Below are positions 9,475-20,665 of a stretch of DNA of 43,584 nt, piece by piece. Under the pieces are notes generated by a model. That model was not told where the DNA came from. It ran no database searches and saw only the letters and a program-made list of their open reading frames with translations. A program made the translations under genes and the position numbers. This DNA comes from Nitrospinota bacterium. Lineage in GTDB: Bacteria; Nitrospinota; Nitrospinia; Nitrospinales; VA-1. The number at the start of each line of letters is the position of its first letter. Position 1 is the stretch's first letter. Location: contig JAYNIA010000020.1 of the NCBI GenBank assembly GCA_038108555.1, forward strand, positions 1-43,584, written 5' to 3'.

Positions 9475-9756
9475 TTAGAAGGTTAATTGAATTTCATTTT
9501 TTACAAGAGATTCTTTTTTATCTTTCGACCATTTCTTTATTTCCGCTTCCGCTTTCAGAGCATTCGAGCGACTTCCAATTTCTTTTTGAAATACCAGTTC
9601 AAGAGGGTTTTTCCCTCTTAAATATTTTGCAGCTTTGGTTCCCCCTTCCTGATGTTCCCTAAACCTTCTTTCTACATCTTGTGTTACTCCGGTGTAGAGT
9701 TCTCCACGACGGGTTCTTATCAGGTACAAATGCCACATTCCCGGACTAGATTCCAT
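9475..9756 (-). CDS. Small GIY-YIG nuclease (YhbQ/YazA type)
   Basis: HLYLIRT...[19 protein letters not shown]...AAKY...[10 protein letters not shown]; true start may be ATG 9738. Confidence 0.88.
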   Translation of the reverse strand: MESSPGMWHLYLIRTRRGELYTGVTQDVERRFREHQEGGTKAAKYLRGKNPLELVFQKEIGSRSNALKAEAEIKKWSKDKKESLVKNEIQLTF

Positions 9757-10888
9757 CCGGGTCGAACATTGGCAGGAACTCCTCCAAACCTTCTTCTTTC
9801 AAATTTTCAACAGGAACAAACCTAAGGGATGCAGAGTTAATGCAATACCTTTTCCCGGTAGGTTTAGGACCATCGTTAAATAAATGACCGAGATGGGAAT
9901 CTGCCTGTGCAGACCTTACTTCTACTCGGGTCATGTTGAAGGAGGTGTCTGTTTTATTCACAATATTTTCGGGGACGAGTGGTCTTGTGAATGAGGGCCA
10001 ACCGGTGCCGGATTTAAATTTGTCCTTTGAACTGAACAACGGTTCCCCGGAGACAATGTCGACATAGATACCCGCGCGTTTGTTGTCCCAGTATTTATTC
10101 ATGAATGGGGGTTCCGTCCCATTTTTCTGGGTTACGTAATATTGAAGTTTACTGAGTTTATCCAGGGAATTTTTCTTGCCACTGACTTTTATAATTTCTC
10201 CCGCTATAGGACCTCGGCTCGATATTTTATATTCCTTATCATCACCCCAGATTTTATTGATGTATTCATCACGTCCGGAACCGGCGCGATAAATTTTATA
10301 ACGGATGTAACTCTTTTTGAAAAAATCCTGATGATATTCCTCTGCCCGATAAAATGGAGTGGCTTTGATTATGGGAGTGACAATCTCTTTTTTAAATCGT
10401 CCGCTTTTGATAAGATTTTTTTTGGATTTCTCGGCAATTTCTTTTTGCTCCTGGCTGGTATAAAAAATTCCAGTTCGATATTGTTCCCCGCGGTCAACAA
10501 ACTGTCCCCCGCTATCCGTAGGATTTATGTTTCGCCAAAATACTTCCAGAATGTCTGAGTAGGAGATTTTTTCAGGGTTAAAATGGATTTCAACGGCTTC
10601 GCGATGACGAGTTTGGCCTGACGCCACTTTTTTATAGTGGGCGTTTTTCTTTTCTCCACCCGTATAACCGGAAATAGCCTGGGAAACCCCTGGAAGGTCT
10701 TCAAAAGGGTGTTCCATACACCAGAAACATCCACCTGCAAGAATGGCGATTTCCTCATTCGCAGGGGAATTTTTGGCATGGATGATTTCAGCTTTTTTAT
10801 AGGTAACGCTGTTTGTACTCTCGGGTAAGAATTTATTTAAAAGGAATGCGCTTATAAAAAATATAAATGCTGCATAGAGTTTATTCAT
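9746..10888 (-). CDS. msrAB: Fused peptide methionine sulfoxide reductase MsrA/MsrB with N-terminal signal or anchor
   Basis: AGGCFWC and AEEYHQ (MsrA); GWPSF, HLGHLF and RYCINS (MsrB). Confidence 0.95.
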   Translation of the reverse strand: MNKLYAAFIFFISAFLLNKFLPESTNSVTYKKAEIIHAKNSPANEEIAILAGGCFWCMEHPFEDLPGVSQAISGYTGGEKKNAHYKKVASGQTRHREAVEIHFNPEKISYSDILEVFWRNINPTDSGGQFVDRGEQYRTGIFYTSQEQKEIAEKSKKNLIKSGRFKKEIVTPIIKATPFYRAEEYHQDFFKKSYIRYKIYRAGSGRDEYINKIWGDDKEYKISSRGPIAGEIIKVSGKKNSLDKLSKLQYYVTQKNGTEPPFMNKYWDNKRAGIYVDIVSGEPLFSSKDKFKSGTGWPSFTRPLVPENIVNKTDTSFNMTRVEVRSAQADSHLGHLFNDGPKPTGKRYCINSASLRFVPVENLKEEGLEEFLPMFDPDGI

Positions 10889-11024
10889 GGTTATCTTCCT
10901 TCTCCGTTCACTTCTGAAAAATAGTGGTCACATAAATGATAACAAAACTTTTTAATGCCTGCATCTATGTCGTAGGAATACGCAAGTGCTTACAAATTTC
11001 CTGGTGGAACTGTAGAGAGGAGAA

Positions 11025-11723
11025 TTACTGCCGGTTTTTCGGGGTATTTCGAAGCTCAGAAACTTTCAATTTATTTCCCGGTAACTCAGGCTTAATGCGC
11101 ATGGCGGTTTGCAAGGGGGGGATGGCTTTGTTGAACCGGCCCAGCTTCATATAGATTTGCCCCAGTGCATAATGCGCCTCCGCATTGTTGGGAGCAAGTC
11201 GAATGGATTCCTGAATCGAAGCCAACGCTTCTTTATATCGATGGGTGAGGAAATATGACAAAGCCAGGAAGTAATGTGCTTCAGGATAATCGGGAGTTAA
11301 ATTAATGGTTTTTTTGTACAGCTCGCTTGCTTCCTGATGCCTCTTATTTGCCGCGTACGCCAGAGCCAGTTTGAAGTTCGCCTCGGCCATGTTTGGATTT
11401 ATTCGCACCGCTTCCTGCAATTCTTTCAGCTTTTCCGGGTGTCGACCTACAGCTCCATAAGCCAGAGCTAAATGGAAATGAGTTTTTGAATCATCGGGCC
11501 TGAATTTTAAAGATTTTTCAAGTGGTGTGATGGCTTCCTGATACTGTTTGTTTTTCAAATAAGCCAGACCCAGTTCGGAAAGAAATTTAGGATTGTCGGG
11601 TTCTTTTTCCAGTGCGATTTGCAAAGTGCTGATGGTTTTTTCTTCTATGACTTCTTGAGAAAAGGCTGATGAACCTGCATTTAGGAATAGCAGGCTTAGA
11701 AATAGGACAAAGGTATTTTTCAT
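11025..11723 (-). CDS. Exported TPR-repeat protein
   Basis: Signal peptide ending SSAFS; about five 34-aa repeats (AH..LA..Y....Y.EA). Confidence 0.88.
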   Translation of the reverse strand: MKNTFVLFLSLLFLNAGSSAFSQEVIEEKTISTLQIALEKEPDNPKFLSELGLAYLKNKQYQEAITPLEKSLKFRPDDSKTHFHLALAYGAVGRHPEKLKELQEAVRINPNMAEANFKLALAYAANKRHQEASELYKKTINLTPDYPEAHYFLALSYFLTHRYKEALASIQESIRLAPNNAEAHYALGQIYMKLGRFNKAIPPLQTAMRIKPELPGNKLKVSELRNTPKNRQ

Positions 11724-12035
11724 TTTGGGTTACCCAAAAAAATAGAGTCCATCTCCCCGAAGAATGGGTGAAAAATATATCCCTTTGTAATTCGACTGTA
11801 AAGGAGGAATGTGTAAGGCTAATCGATTCAACCCGATTGGAACAAGAGGGATTGCAAATTAAATTATTCGTTATTACGAAGTACTAATGGGAGCTGGTTT
11901 TTCAAAGTGTTATACAATTTAAAAGTGGCCAGGCTCATTTACTGATTTGTGCAAAACCTCGATTTTCCTTTCTAAATCTTAAAAATAAAGCGCTTAATCT
12001 GTATCTTTACCTTTTCTATAAATTAGGAACTTCGC

Positions 12036-14039
12036 TTATTTAGCATGGCAGCGGACGAAGTTATTTTTATCCCCTTTTATTTCCGGATATTGTGTTTCAC
12101 ATTTTTTTGCCAAGGAAGACCCGGGTTCTTCATTTAGATAAATTGGGCAACGGGGACGAAAATGACAGGCTGCTGGAGGATGCAGAGGGGAGGGGACATC
12201 TCCAATGAGTGTTTCAAAAGGTTTTCGTTCCCCCAAATCGGGAACGGATTTTAAAAGCGAAAGGGTGTAGGGATGTTTTGGATTGCTGAACAATTCTTCA
12301 ACCGGTGCCTGTTCCACAATTTTACCCAGGTACATGATAGCCACCGTGTCTGCAAGATAACGCACGACACTTAGGTTATGGCTGATGAACAAATAAGTCA
12401 GATCCCTTTTTTCCTGAAGTTCTTGTAGCAGATTCAATACCTGCGCTTGTACTGAAACATCCAATGCGCTGGTGGGTTCATCTAATACAAGGAACTCAGG
12501 CTCCAGAACCAATGCACGTGCAATGGCGATGCGTTGGCGTTGTCCTCCTGAAAATTCATGCGGATAACGTTCCATGACGGAGGGGCTCAATCCTACTTCC
12601 TCCATGGCCTGCGCGATTCTTTTAGATTTTTCTTCTCGTAGCAGATCCGGGTAATGAACTTCGAGGCCTTCTCCAATGATTCCTTCGATGGTCATCCGGG
12701 GTTGCAAAGACCCAAAAGGGTCTTGAAACACCATTTGCATATGTTTGCGGAATTGTTTGAGATCAACTCCTTCCAATTGCATTACGTTTTTTCCAGAAAA
12801 GTTCACTTCGCCTTGAGCATATGAATTCAACCTAAGAATGGATTCACCTAAAGTGGTCTTGCCACACCCCGATTCTCCCACCACAGCCAGGGTGGACCCC
12901 TTTATAATTTCAAGGTCAATATTATCAACAGCGCGAACGTGGGCGACCGTTCGAAGAAAAACTCCCTTTCGAACCGGGAAGAAGGTGTTCAGTTTCTTGA
13001 TGGAAATAAGAGATTCTTTAGTAAGAGTTCGTTTATTAAATGGCTTTTTTTTATCCTTTAAATCCCATTGTGAATTTATTCCCTTATCCAGCAAATGGCA
13101 TGAAACGTTGTGAGCCGGCTGGGGAGTATGTATGTTGCTCTCCTTTTTGCAAATATCCATCACTGCGGGGCAACGATTGGCAAAACGGCATCCTTCTTCA
13201 TATTCCGTTGCAGAAGGAACAATTCCGGGAATCGTTTCCAACTTATGGGCGGGTTTTTCTAACTTGGGAATGGAGCTGAAAAGAAGCTTGGTGTATGGAT
13301 GAGACATATTGTTAAATATTTGCTCCCGACTGCCATATTCCGCGACCCGTCCTCCATACATAATGCAAAGGTCATCCGCCATCTGGTTAACGATTCCCAT
13401 ATCGTGAGTGATGAGCAAAATGGCCATTCCTGTTTGTTGTTGAAGGTCGCTCATCAATCGCAATACCTGGGCTTGAATGGTTACATCCAATGCCGTGGTG
13501 GGTTCATCTGCTATCAGGAGTTTGGGTTCACAGGCCAGCGCCATGGCTATCATGACCCTTTGTTTCATTCCTCCTGATAATTGATGTGGAAAGTCATCAA
13601 TTCTCTTGTGGGGATCGGGTATTCCAACGCGCTCTAATAATTCAATGGCGCGGTTACGTGAGGCACCCTGTGAAATTTTCATGTGTTGCCTCAAGGGTTC
13701 CTGCAACTGATCTCCAATTCGGAAGAGAGGATTGAGAGATGTCATGGGTTCCTGAAAAATCATGGCAATGTCATTCCCCCGCAGCTGACGCATTTCTTCC
13801 TGAGTGCAGATGGAAAGGTTGCGGCCTTCAAAAATTATTTCACCGCATGGGTGGTATCCATTTTCAGCAATGAGATTGATGATGGAGAAAGCAGTTTGTG
13901 TTTTTCCACAACCAGACTCTCCGACAAGTGCGAGGGTTTTGCCCTGTTCCAGGTCGAACGAGATACCATCGACGGCACGGGCAACTTTTCCGGGACCGGC
14001 ACGAAAATGAGTGGATAGGTTTTTTACGGATAATAACAT
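12036..14039 (-). CDS. Peptide ABC transporter, fused double ATP-binding subunit (YejF / OppD-OppF type)
   Basis: Two GESGCGKT Walker A motifs, LSGGMKQR and FSGGQRQR signatures, two HPYT plus Cys-rich tails. Confidence 0.93.
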   Translation of the reverse strand: MLLSVKNLSTHFRAGPGKVARAVDGISFDLEQGKTLALVGESGCGKTQTAFSIINLIAENGYHPCGEIIFEGRNLSICTQEEMRQLRGNDIAMIFQEPMTSLNPLFRIGDQLQEPLRQHMKISQGASRNRAIELLERVGIPDPHKRIDDFPHQLSGGMKQRVMIAMALACEPKLLIADEPTTALDVTIQAQVLRLMSDLQQQTGMAILLITHDMGIVNQMADDLCIMYGGRVAEYGSREQIFNNMSHPYTKLLFSSIPKLEKPAHKLETIPGIVPSATEYEEGCRFANRCPAVMDICKKESNIHTPQPAHNVSCHLLDKGINSQWDLKDKKKPFNKRTLTKESLISIKKLNTFFPVRKGVFLRTVAHVRAVDNIDLEIIKGSTLAVVGESGCGKTTLGESILRLNSYAQGEVNFSGKNVMQLEGVDLKQFRKHMQMVFQDPFGSLQPRMTIEGIIGEGLEVHYPDLLREEKSKRIAQAMEEVGLSPSVMERYPHEFSGGQRQRIAIARALVLEPEFLVLDEPTSALDVSVQAQVLNLLQELQEKRDLTYLFISHNLSVVRYLADTVAIMYLGKIVEQAPVEELFSNPKHPYTLSLLKSVPDLGERKPFETLIGDVPSPLHPPAACHFRPRCPIYLNEEPGSSLAKKCETQYPEIKGDKNNFVRCHAK

Positions 14040-14045
14040 TTTGCC

Positions 14046-15287
14046 TTACAGAGTCTTTTTGGGATCAAATGCATTACGAATTCCTTCACCAATAAAAGTA
14101 AGTAAAGTAATCGTTGAAGTAAGTGTTATAAACGTGGGTAATAAGATCCACGTCGCATGAAGATTGGTTTTTCCCTGCGAAAGCAACTCGCCCAAGCTGG
14201 GTGCAGGACTGGGAACCCCCAGGTTTAGAAAATCCAGACTGACCAGTGCCAGAATCCCAGCGGTCACTTCAAAAGGAAAAAAAGTGACAACAGGGGTGAG
14301 GGCGTTTGGAAGGATATGCCGACGCATGATTTTGAAATTGGAGACACCCAGACTTTTTGCTGCTTTCACAAATTCCAAATTTCGTATTTTTAAAAATTCA
14401 GCCCGGATGTATGCTGCAATGCCCATCCATGCCGTGAGATTTAAAATTAAAAACAGGAGCAAGGCGGAAGGCACAAGGAATGAGCTTAAAATGATTAATA
14501 TATAAAGACGGGGAATGGAGCCCCAAATTTCTGTCAGTCTCTGTCCCACCAGATCCACCCATCCCCCGAAGAATCCCTGGGTGCCTCCGATTAAGCAACC
14601 GATAACTGTTCCGGTAATTGCCAGAGAAATTCCGAAGATAAGGGATATCCTGAATCCATAAATCAGTCGGGCTAAAACATCTCGCCCCCGGTCATCGGTG
14701 CCTAAATAATGGCCATCCACCCAGGAGGATTCAATGGTTCCTTCGCCAATAGGGGATTTATAAGAATAGGGTGCCGCCAGTGCAACATTTCCGGTTTTGG
14801 ATTCTGTCGGGATATATTTGTAGTCATAGCGAACCGGGGGCCATAGAATCCAGAAATCTCTTGGGGAATTAGGAGCCGTTTCAGTTAAAGGTTTTGCTTC
14901 GGGTTCAAAGTCTTCCTCCTCTTCAAAATCCCCGAGGTCCAGACCCAATCCGGAGCCTTCAGATTCTTCTTCGACGGAAGTTCCACTTAATAGATTTTGA
15001 AAGCTTCGTGATTTGTAATCCGGTTCGCTTGGCAAAGTGCCGCCAAAATCCTTCTCGCTGTAAGTAAAGGCAATGGGGAAATAGGTTTTACCTTCAACGA
15101 CAATTGCCAGGGGGCGAACATTGCAAATCCACTCGGCGGGTAGGGAAAGAAAAAAAAGTGCTGTTAGGATCAAAAAACTAAAATAGGCCCGACGGTCGTT
15201 CCTGAAAACAGTTAATCGTACTTTCCATTCTTTATTCAAACGCAGCATATTAGCCTTTTGTCTCATCAAAGGAAATTCTTGGGTCAA
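14046..15287 (-). CDS. yejE: Peptide ABC transporter permease, YejE-like
   Basis: LGTDDRGRDVLARLIYGFRISL; EAA-loop region; SLGELLSQGK. Exact start uncertain. Confidence 0.85.
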   Translation of the reverse strand: MTQEFPLMRQKANMLRLNKEWKVRLTVFRNDRRAYFSFLILTALFFLSLPAEWICNVRPLAIVVEGKTYFPIAFTYSEKDFGGTLPSEPDYKSRSFQNLLSGTSVEEESEGSGLGLDLGDFEEEEDFEPEAKPLTETAPNSPRDFWILWPPVRYDYKYIPTESKTGNVALAAPYSYKSPIGEGTIESSWVDGHYLGTDDRGRDVLARLIYGFRISLIFGISLAITGTVIGCLIGGTQGFFGGWVDLVGQRLTEIWGSIPRLYILIILSSFLVPSALLLFLILNLTAWMGIAAYIRAEFLKIRNLEFVKAAKSLGVSNFKIMRRHILPNALTPVVTFFPFEVTAGILALVSLDFLNLGVPSPAPSLGELLSQGKTNLHATWILLPTFITLTSTITLLTFIGEGIRNAFDPKKTL

Positions 15288-16389
15288 TCAACACATAAGA
15301 AAGGTCTGTCAGTAACTGGCCGATCAAAGCCATGAGAGAAAAAATGAAAAGCGTTCCTAACACGATGGGGTAATCACGCTGAATAACTGCCTGATAAGAA
15401 AGCAGCCCAAGACCATCCAGGGTAAAAATTTGCTCCAGTAAAAGAGAACCTGAAAAGAACATGGCAAGGAATGCGATGGGAAAACCGGTAACCAAAGGAA
15501 TGAGCGAATTCTTTAAGACATGCTTGAACAATACCTGTTTTTCCTGAAGACCTTTGGCCCGGGCGGTCAGAACATATTGTTTGTGCATTTCCTCCAAAAA
15601 AGCATTCTTGGTTAGCAGTGTCAAAGTTGCGAATCCACTAATCACATAACAGAATAGAGGGGCTGCAAGATGATGAAGGTAGTCTGTAAGTTTTTCCCAG
15701 AAAGTCCAGCTTTCATAACCGGGGGTGCCTTCTGAAGTCAATCCTGCAATGGGTATGAGGTGCGCTATGGCACCATCACCGGGACCCAAATACACAATGA
15801 GAAATATTGCCAGAACAAACCCCGGAACACTGTAGCCGATCAAAACAATCAGGCTGGTCCAGGTATCAAAAGGGCTGCCATTTTTCACGGCCTTTGCAAT
15901 TCCCAGAAATATGCAAATCGTATAAGTTAGAAAAAAACTGGTGACCCCAAGGGAGGCTGATACAGGAAGTTTCTCCTTGATAAGGGCTAAAACAGATTTG
16001 TTTCTATAAAATGAGTTGCCAAACTTAAAAACCAGAAAACCTTCCCAGTTATCACGATTGAAAACGGATTGGAGCAAAGGCTCATTCTTGTTCTGTGGCG
16101 AATACCAGAGAAATGTTCTCAGATACCTTTCCCAGAGAGGTTTGTCGAGATTGTAAATTTTTTTCAGTTCTTCAAATTGTTTAGGGTCCAGTTCACGTTG
16201 TTTGCTGCCTGGACCTGCCACGGCACCTCCCCCTGCTTCAGTAAGAGCGTTACCATGCCCTCTTAAAAGAGATTTCATCTGGTCAATGGGGCCGCCGGGA
16301 ACAAACTGGGTTGCGATAAAGGTGATGGTTACAATTCCGATCAATGTCGGAAACATCAACAACAAACGACGGATGATATAAGCGGTCAT
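15250..16389 (-). CDS. yejB: Peptide ABC transporter permease, YejB-like
   Basis: AYIIRRLLLM.PTL...QFVPGGP; YVLTARAKGL; GSLLLEQIF.LDGLG; RDYP. Confidence 0.88.
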   Translation of the reverse strand: MTAYIIRRLLLMFPTLIGIVTITFIATQFVPGGPIDQMKSLLRGHGNALTEAGGGAVAGPGSKQRELDPKQFEELKKIYNLDKPLWERYLRTFLWYSPQNKNEPLLQSVFNRDNWEGFLVFKFGNSFYRNKSVLALIKEKLPVSASLGVTSFFLTYTICIFLGIAKAVKNGSPFDTWTSLIVLIGYSVPGFVLAIFLIVYLGPGDGAIAHLIPIAGLTSEGTPGYESWTFWEKLTDYLHHLAAPLFCYVISGFATLTLLTKNAFLEEMHKQYVLTARAKGLQEKQVLFKHVLKNSLIPLVTGFPIAFLAMFFSGSLLLEQIFTLDGLGLLSYQAVIQRDYPIVLGTLFIFSLMALIGQLLTDLSYVLIDPRISFDETKG

Positions 16390-16403
16390 GAGTGATTAAA
16401 CGC

Positions 16404-18266
16404 TCAATTGAGGGAAGTTCCTTTGGCGCGGGCCTTTTTCAATTTTTCTGCTTTATCCTTATCCCACCACCACCATTGGAGAAAATTGCTATTGATAGAA
16501 CTTTGTGAAGCGTTGATTTTAGGTCGACCAAACTTGTTCCAGTATACCGCTCGGTCGTAGGATATATACCAGTGGGGCACGACATAATATTGATGAGTAA
16601 GGATACGGTCCAAAGCCTGGACATTTTTGACGAGTTCCTTGCGGGTTTTTGCAACTACAATATTATCGACCAGTTCATCGATTGCTGGATTTTTGATCCC
16701 CATATAGTTTCTGGTTCCCGGAGTATCTGCAGCTTCACTGCTCCACATATATCTTTGTTCGTTTCCGGGTGAACGGCTTTGAGGATAGCCCGCTACAATC
16801 ATTGCAAATTTAAAATTTCTCAGTCGCTCTTCATATTCAGCAACTTGCACAACCTTTATATCCATTTTCACGCCAATTTTTTTCAGGTTGTTTTTATAAG
16901 GTTCTGCTATCCGTTCAAATCCAGGTCCAGCCAGTAACAACTCGAATTCCATTCGATGCTTTCCTTTGGCACGGATACCATCCTTTCCTATTTTCCATCC
17001 CGCTGAATCGAGAAGGCTGTTTGCAACTTTAATATTTCTTTCTGCCGATTGACCCTGTCCCGGTGCTCCCACGGGTTTGGTCAGGGCGGTTTTTGGAACA
17101 AATTTCTTATATTTTTTCCGCAGGGATTCTAACAGGGTTTTTACCTCTCCCTTTGCAATTCCCTGCGGTTTCATTTCAGGATTGTTATCAAAATAGCAAT
17201 CGTTTCGGGTGTACTGGCCATAAAAGAGGTTTTTGTTGCTCCATTTGAAATCAAAGACCATGGCCAGTGCAGCCCGGACTTTGCGCGATTTAAAAATTTC
17301 ATTTCGCATGTTCATGGCAAATCCTTGCATTCCCGCGATTCGCGTGTGGGGAAATTCTTTTTTCAGGTAATAACCTTTTTTTACAAAGTCGCCTTTGTAG
17401 TCCAATGCCCAGTCCCGGGAACTGTTTATCAATTGCATGTCGAACTCGCCGCCCTTGAAAGCTTCCCTTTGTGCTACCGGATCCAGATATATTTTGTAGG
17501 TGACGCGATCAAAATTATATCTTCCCTTATTTATAGCGAGGTCCTTTGCCCACCAGTCAGGATTCCGTTTGTAGGTGATGTATTTACCAAATTCGTATTT
17601 CTCTACAATATAAGGGCCACTTCCCACTGCAATGTCATCAAAGTCTGATCCAAGCTTTTTTCCTTTCGCACCATAGATATGTTTTGGAAGGATGAACATT
17701 TGACCCGTAATTAGGGGCAGTTCCTGATTACGAATTGCGAAATGGTAGCGCACGGTATGTGCGTCAATTTTTTCGATGGATTTGATGTCTTTAAAATACT
17801 CCTTAAAAATGGGATGGTATTGAGGATCTTTCAATAAGTTGAAGGAAAAGACAAAATCATCTGCTGTTAACGGATATCCATCTGAGAATTTTGCTTCTTT
17901 GTATAAATAATAGGTCAACGAGAGATGGTCCTTTGCCAGTTCTGCCTTTTCCACCAGGCTTCCATATTGGGAAAACGCTTCTTCATCATCTGCAGAACTA
18001 TCCATTGGATTCTGAAATACCAGTAACCCGATTCCGGGGGCGGTTACACCTTTTAAGGACACCGGATTCAATTTCGTAAAAGCCCCGAAATCTGAAAGAA
18101 CCAGATTTCCGCCTTTGGGAGCATTTGGGTTCGCATGATCGTAGGGCTGACCGGGTTTGTATTTAAGGTCCTGGGGACCATATAATGAAAGCCCATGTTG
18201 GGGTGTTGCTAATACGGGGTTGGCGAAAAATAGGATACCCAACAGGATCGAAAAAGCTTTTTTCAT
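16404..18266 (-). CDS. yejA: Peptide ABC transporter substrate-binding protein, YejA-like
   Basis: Signal peptide; NPNAPKGG, GRYNFD, SPGNEQR, ALDRIL...YVVPHWY and terminal WWW. Confidence 0.9.
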   Translation of the reverse strand: MKKAFSILLGILFFANPVLATPQHGLSLYGPQDLKYKPGQPYDHANPNAPKGGNLVLSDFGAFTKLNPVSLKGVTAPGIGLLVFQNPMDSSADDEEAFSQYGSLVEKAELAKDHLSLTYYLYKEAKFSDGYPLTADDFVFSFNLLKDPQYHPIFKEYFKDIKSIEKIDAHTVRYHFAIRNQELPLITGQMFILPKHIYGAKGKKLGSDFDDIAVGSGPYIVEKYEFGKYITYKRNPDWWAKDLAINKGRYNFDRVTYKIYLDPVAQREAFKGGEFDMQLINSSRDWALDYKGDFVKKGYYLKKEFPHTRIAGMQGFAMNMRNEIFKSRKVRAALAMVFDFKWSNKNLFYGQYTRNDCYFDNNPEMKPQGIAKGEVKTLLESLRKKYKKFVPKTALTKPVGAPGQGQSAERNIKVANSLLDSAGWKIGKDGIRAKGKHRMEFELLLAGPGFERIAEPYKNNLKKIGVKMDIKVVQVAEYEERLRNFKFAMIVAGYPQSRSPGNEQRYMWSSEAADTPGTRNYMGIKNPAIDELVDNIVVAKTRKELVKNVQALDRILTHQYYVVPHWYISYDRAVYWNKFGRPKINASQSSINSNFLQWWWWDKDKAEKLKKARAKGTSLN

Positions 18267-18387
18267 AATAGATTGAACTCGATCAAAAGGTTTAATTATT
18301 ATTTCTTTTAGTATATTAACATTCCTGCTTGCTGGTGGGTCAACCGGTTTATTGTGGATTAAAATTAATTAATTTTCAGTTTTTCAA

Positions 18388-19395
18388 ATGACGGCTTATT
18401 TGGAATTATCAAAAAAAGAAATGCAGGATCGTGCGGAAGCCGCCTATGAGATTTATAGAAGCTGTCGGGTTTGTCCACACGCCTGCGAGGTCAATCGCAT
18501 TGAAGGGGAAACGGGTTTTTGTGGACAGGTGGATGCCTTGAGGATTTCTTCCAGCGTACAACACTTTGGTGAAGAACCTCCTCTTGTGGGCAATCGTGGT
18601 GTGGGTAATTTATTTGTAACCGCCTGCAATATGCGTTGTGACTACTGCCAGAACTATCAAATCTCTCAAGAGTGGTCAAACAATGAGGGAATGATGAAAA
18701 ATAATTCTAGGAAATCGTATGAACAGGCGGCTCAGGCAATGCTGGATTTGCAGGAACAGGGCGTCCATTTCATTGGTTGGGTTTCACCATCGCATGTGGT
18801 TCCGGGATTGTTGAATAGTCTGGTCATTGCGAGGGAAAGAGGTCTGAGACTGCCGGTAATTTATAACAGTAATAGTTATGATGGAATTGAAACTTTAAAA
18901 CTGCTGGATGGGATCATTGATATTTATCTTCCCGACCTGAAGTATGGGGATCATGAAACGGCGAGAGATTTATCGCATATTAAATCATACCCGGAATTTT
19001 CCCGGCAGGCGGTTCTCGAAATGTTTCGACAGGTGGGGCCCCTTCAAATAAATGAAAAGGGTTTGGCGGAAAGAGGGGTCCTTGTTAGGCATCTTGTTTT
19101 GCCGGAGCAAATGCAAAGTACCTGGGAAACTCTATGCTTTATTGCGTTGGAAATGTCCTCCTCGGTGCCTTTGAGTTTGATGAGCCAGTATCAACCCGTC
19201 CACAAAGCGACTTCGTCAATAAATAGAAGGATTACTCGGGAAGAATACGACCAGGCTATTTCCTGGGCGAAAGAGCTTGGGTTTGAGTCGCTTTATCTTC
19301 AACCTCTGGAATCAAAAGTGCACAATTTGCCGGATTTCAGCATCCCTGACAACCCGTTTCCACTGGACCGCACCCGAAATCTATCAAATGTTTGA
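18388..19395 (+). CDS. Radical SAM protein, PflX-like
   Basis: N-terminal CRVCPHAC...C, HFGEEPPL, CNMRCDYCQN, DIYLPDLKY, VRHLVLP, MSQY.P. Confidence 0.88.
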   Translation: MTAYLELSKKEMQDRAEAAYEIYRSCRVCPHACEVNRIEGETGFCGQVDALRISSSVQHFGEEPPLVGNRGVGNLFVTACNMRCDYCQNYQISQEWSNNEGMMKNNSRKSYEQAAQAMLDLQEQGVHFIGWVSPSHVVPGLLNSLVIARERGLRLPVIYNSNSYDGIETLKLLDGIIDIYLPDLKYGDHETARDLSHIKSYPEFSRQAVLEMFRQVGPLQINEKGLAERGVLVRHLVLPEQMQSTWETLCFIALEMSSSVPLSLMSQYQPVHKATSSINRRITREEYDQAISWAKELGFESLYLQPLESKVHNLPDFSIPDNPFPLDRTRNLSNV

Positions 19396-19494
19396 GAATA
19401 GGGGCATTGTCTGTCTTGTTATGATATCTCTTATTTGTTAATCTTGGTTACCATTTAGCGGTATCCTCTCATAAATACGCGGAACAAAATAACG

Positions 19495-20643
19495 ATGAAC
19501 CCTAGAAAAACACGAAAAATTCGTATTGGAAAATTGGTGATTGGAGGCGACTCCCCCATTGCCGTACAAAGTATGGCTGCTACTCAGACACAGGATCTGG
19601 AAGCAACAGCCAGGCAGATAGAGGTCCTTGAAAAAGCAAATGCAGATGTCATTCGAATCGCTGTGGATAGTGAGAAAGATGTTGAAGCACTGAAAACTTT
19701 ACGGGAGAGGTTCCCTGATAGTACCTGGTCGGTGGATTTACAAGAAAATTATAAGTTGGCTCCAATTGTCGCGCCCTATGTGAATAAGATTCGTTACAAT
19801 CCCGGTCATCTTTTTCACTTGGAAAAAGAAAAAACCATTCGCGAGAAAGTTGAATTCATTGTTGAGGCGGCAAGGAAAAACGATTGTGCCATTCGAATTG
19901 GAGTCAACTGCGGTTCTGTTGACCCGGATTATAAAGAAAGATATAAAGATGATTCCACGGAAGCCATGGTGAGATGTGCCGTCGATCATTGTGAAATGCT
20001 GGATGATATGAATTTCGAGAATTATTGTGTTTCATTGAAGGATTCTGATTCCGAAAAAGTGATCGATGCCAATCGCAGGTTTGCAGAAGAAAGACCGGAT
20101 GTTCCATTGCATCTGGGAGTAACCGAAGCCGGTTTGCCACCTGAAGGCATCATTAAAACCAGAATTGCTTTTGAACAGTTGATCTCTGCTGGAATTGGCG
20201 ATACCATCCGGGTTTCACTGACTTTGCCCAACGATGACAAGGGCCAGGAAATTGAAGTTGGCCATGAAATTTTAAAAGATATCTCGGAAGGCCGGTTCCG
20301 CTCGGTTCCGGAAAATTTTCTGGATGGATTGAATATCATCGCTTGTCCCAGTTGCTCCCGGGTCGAGAACGATAAGTTTGTGGACCTGGCTCAGGACGTC
20401 CGCAAAATGACTGAGTATGCGGAAAAATATAAACTGACGATTGCCGTAATGGGATGTCGCGTGAATGGTCCCGGAGAAACCGATGATGCAGATTTAGGAC
20501 TATGGTGTGGCCCCACTCGAGTTAATTTAAAGAAAGGTACAGAAACTCTTGGTTCTTATTCCTATGAAGAAATTCTGGATCAATTGAAAAAAGAAGTCGA
20601 CCAAATGATTCTAGAAAAGCATGGAGAGCTTGAACCTAAATAA
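19495..20643 (+). CDS. ispG: HMBPP synthase (MEP pathway)
   Basis: [53 protein letters not shown]. Confidence 0.96.
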   Translation: MNPRKTRKIRIGKLVIGGDSPIAVQSMAATQTQDLEATARQIEVLEKANADVIRIAVDSEKDVEALKTLRERFPDSTWSVDLQENYKLAPIVAPYVNKIRYNPGHLFHLEKEKTIREKVEFIVEAARKNDCAIRIGVNCGSVDPDYKERYKDDSTEAMVRCAVDHCEMLDDMNFENYCVSLKDSDSEKVIDANRRFAEERPDVPLHLGVTEAGLPPEGIIKTRIAFEQLISAGIGDTIRVSLTLPNDDKGQEIEVGHEILKDISEGRFRSVPENFLDGLNIIACPSCSRVENDKFVDLAQDVRKMTEYAEKYKLTIAVMGCRVNGPGETDDADLGLWCGPTRVNLKKGTETLGSYSYEEILDQLKKEVDQMILEKHGELEPK

Positions 20644-20665
20644 AGAAACTATAAAAGGCTGAACG

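Noticed and set aside
10983..10994. 12-nt match CAAGTGCTTACA shared with the ECF coding region near 42368
   Set aside because: Many 12-mer matches are expected by chance in 43 kb, and the second copy is constrained by coding.
11669..11887. 72-aa ORF and AAAGGAGG near 11799 in the TPR / ABC intergenic region
   Set aside because: The SD is only 1 nt from the next ATG and the following GTG is immediately followed by a stop; no protein features.
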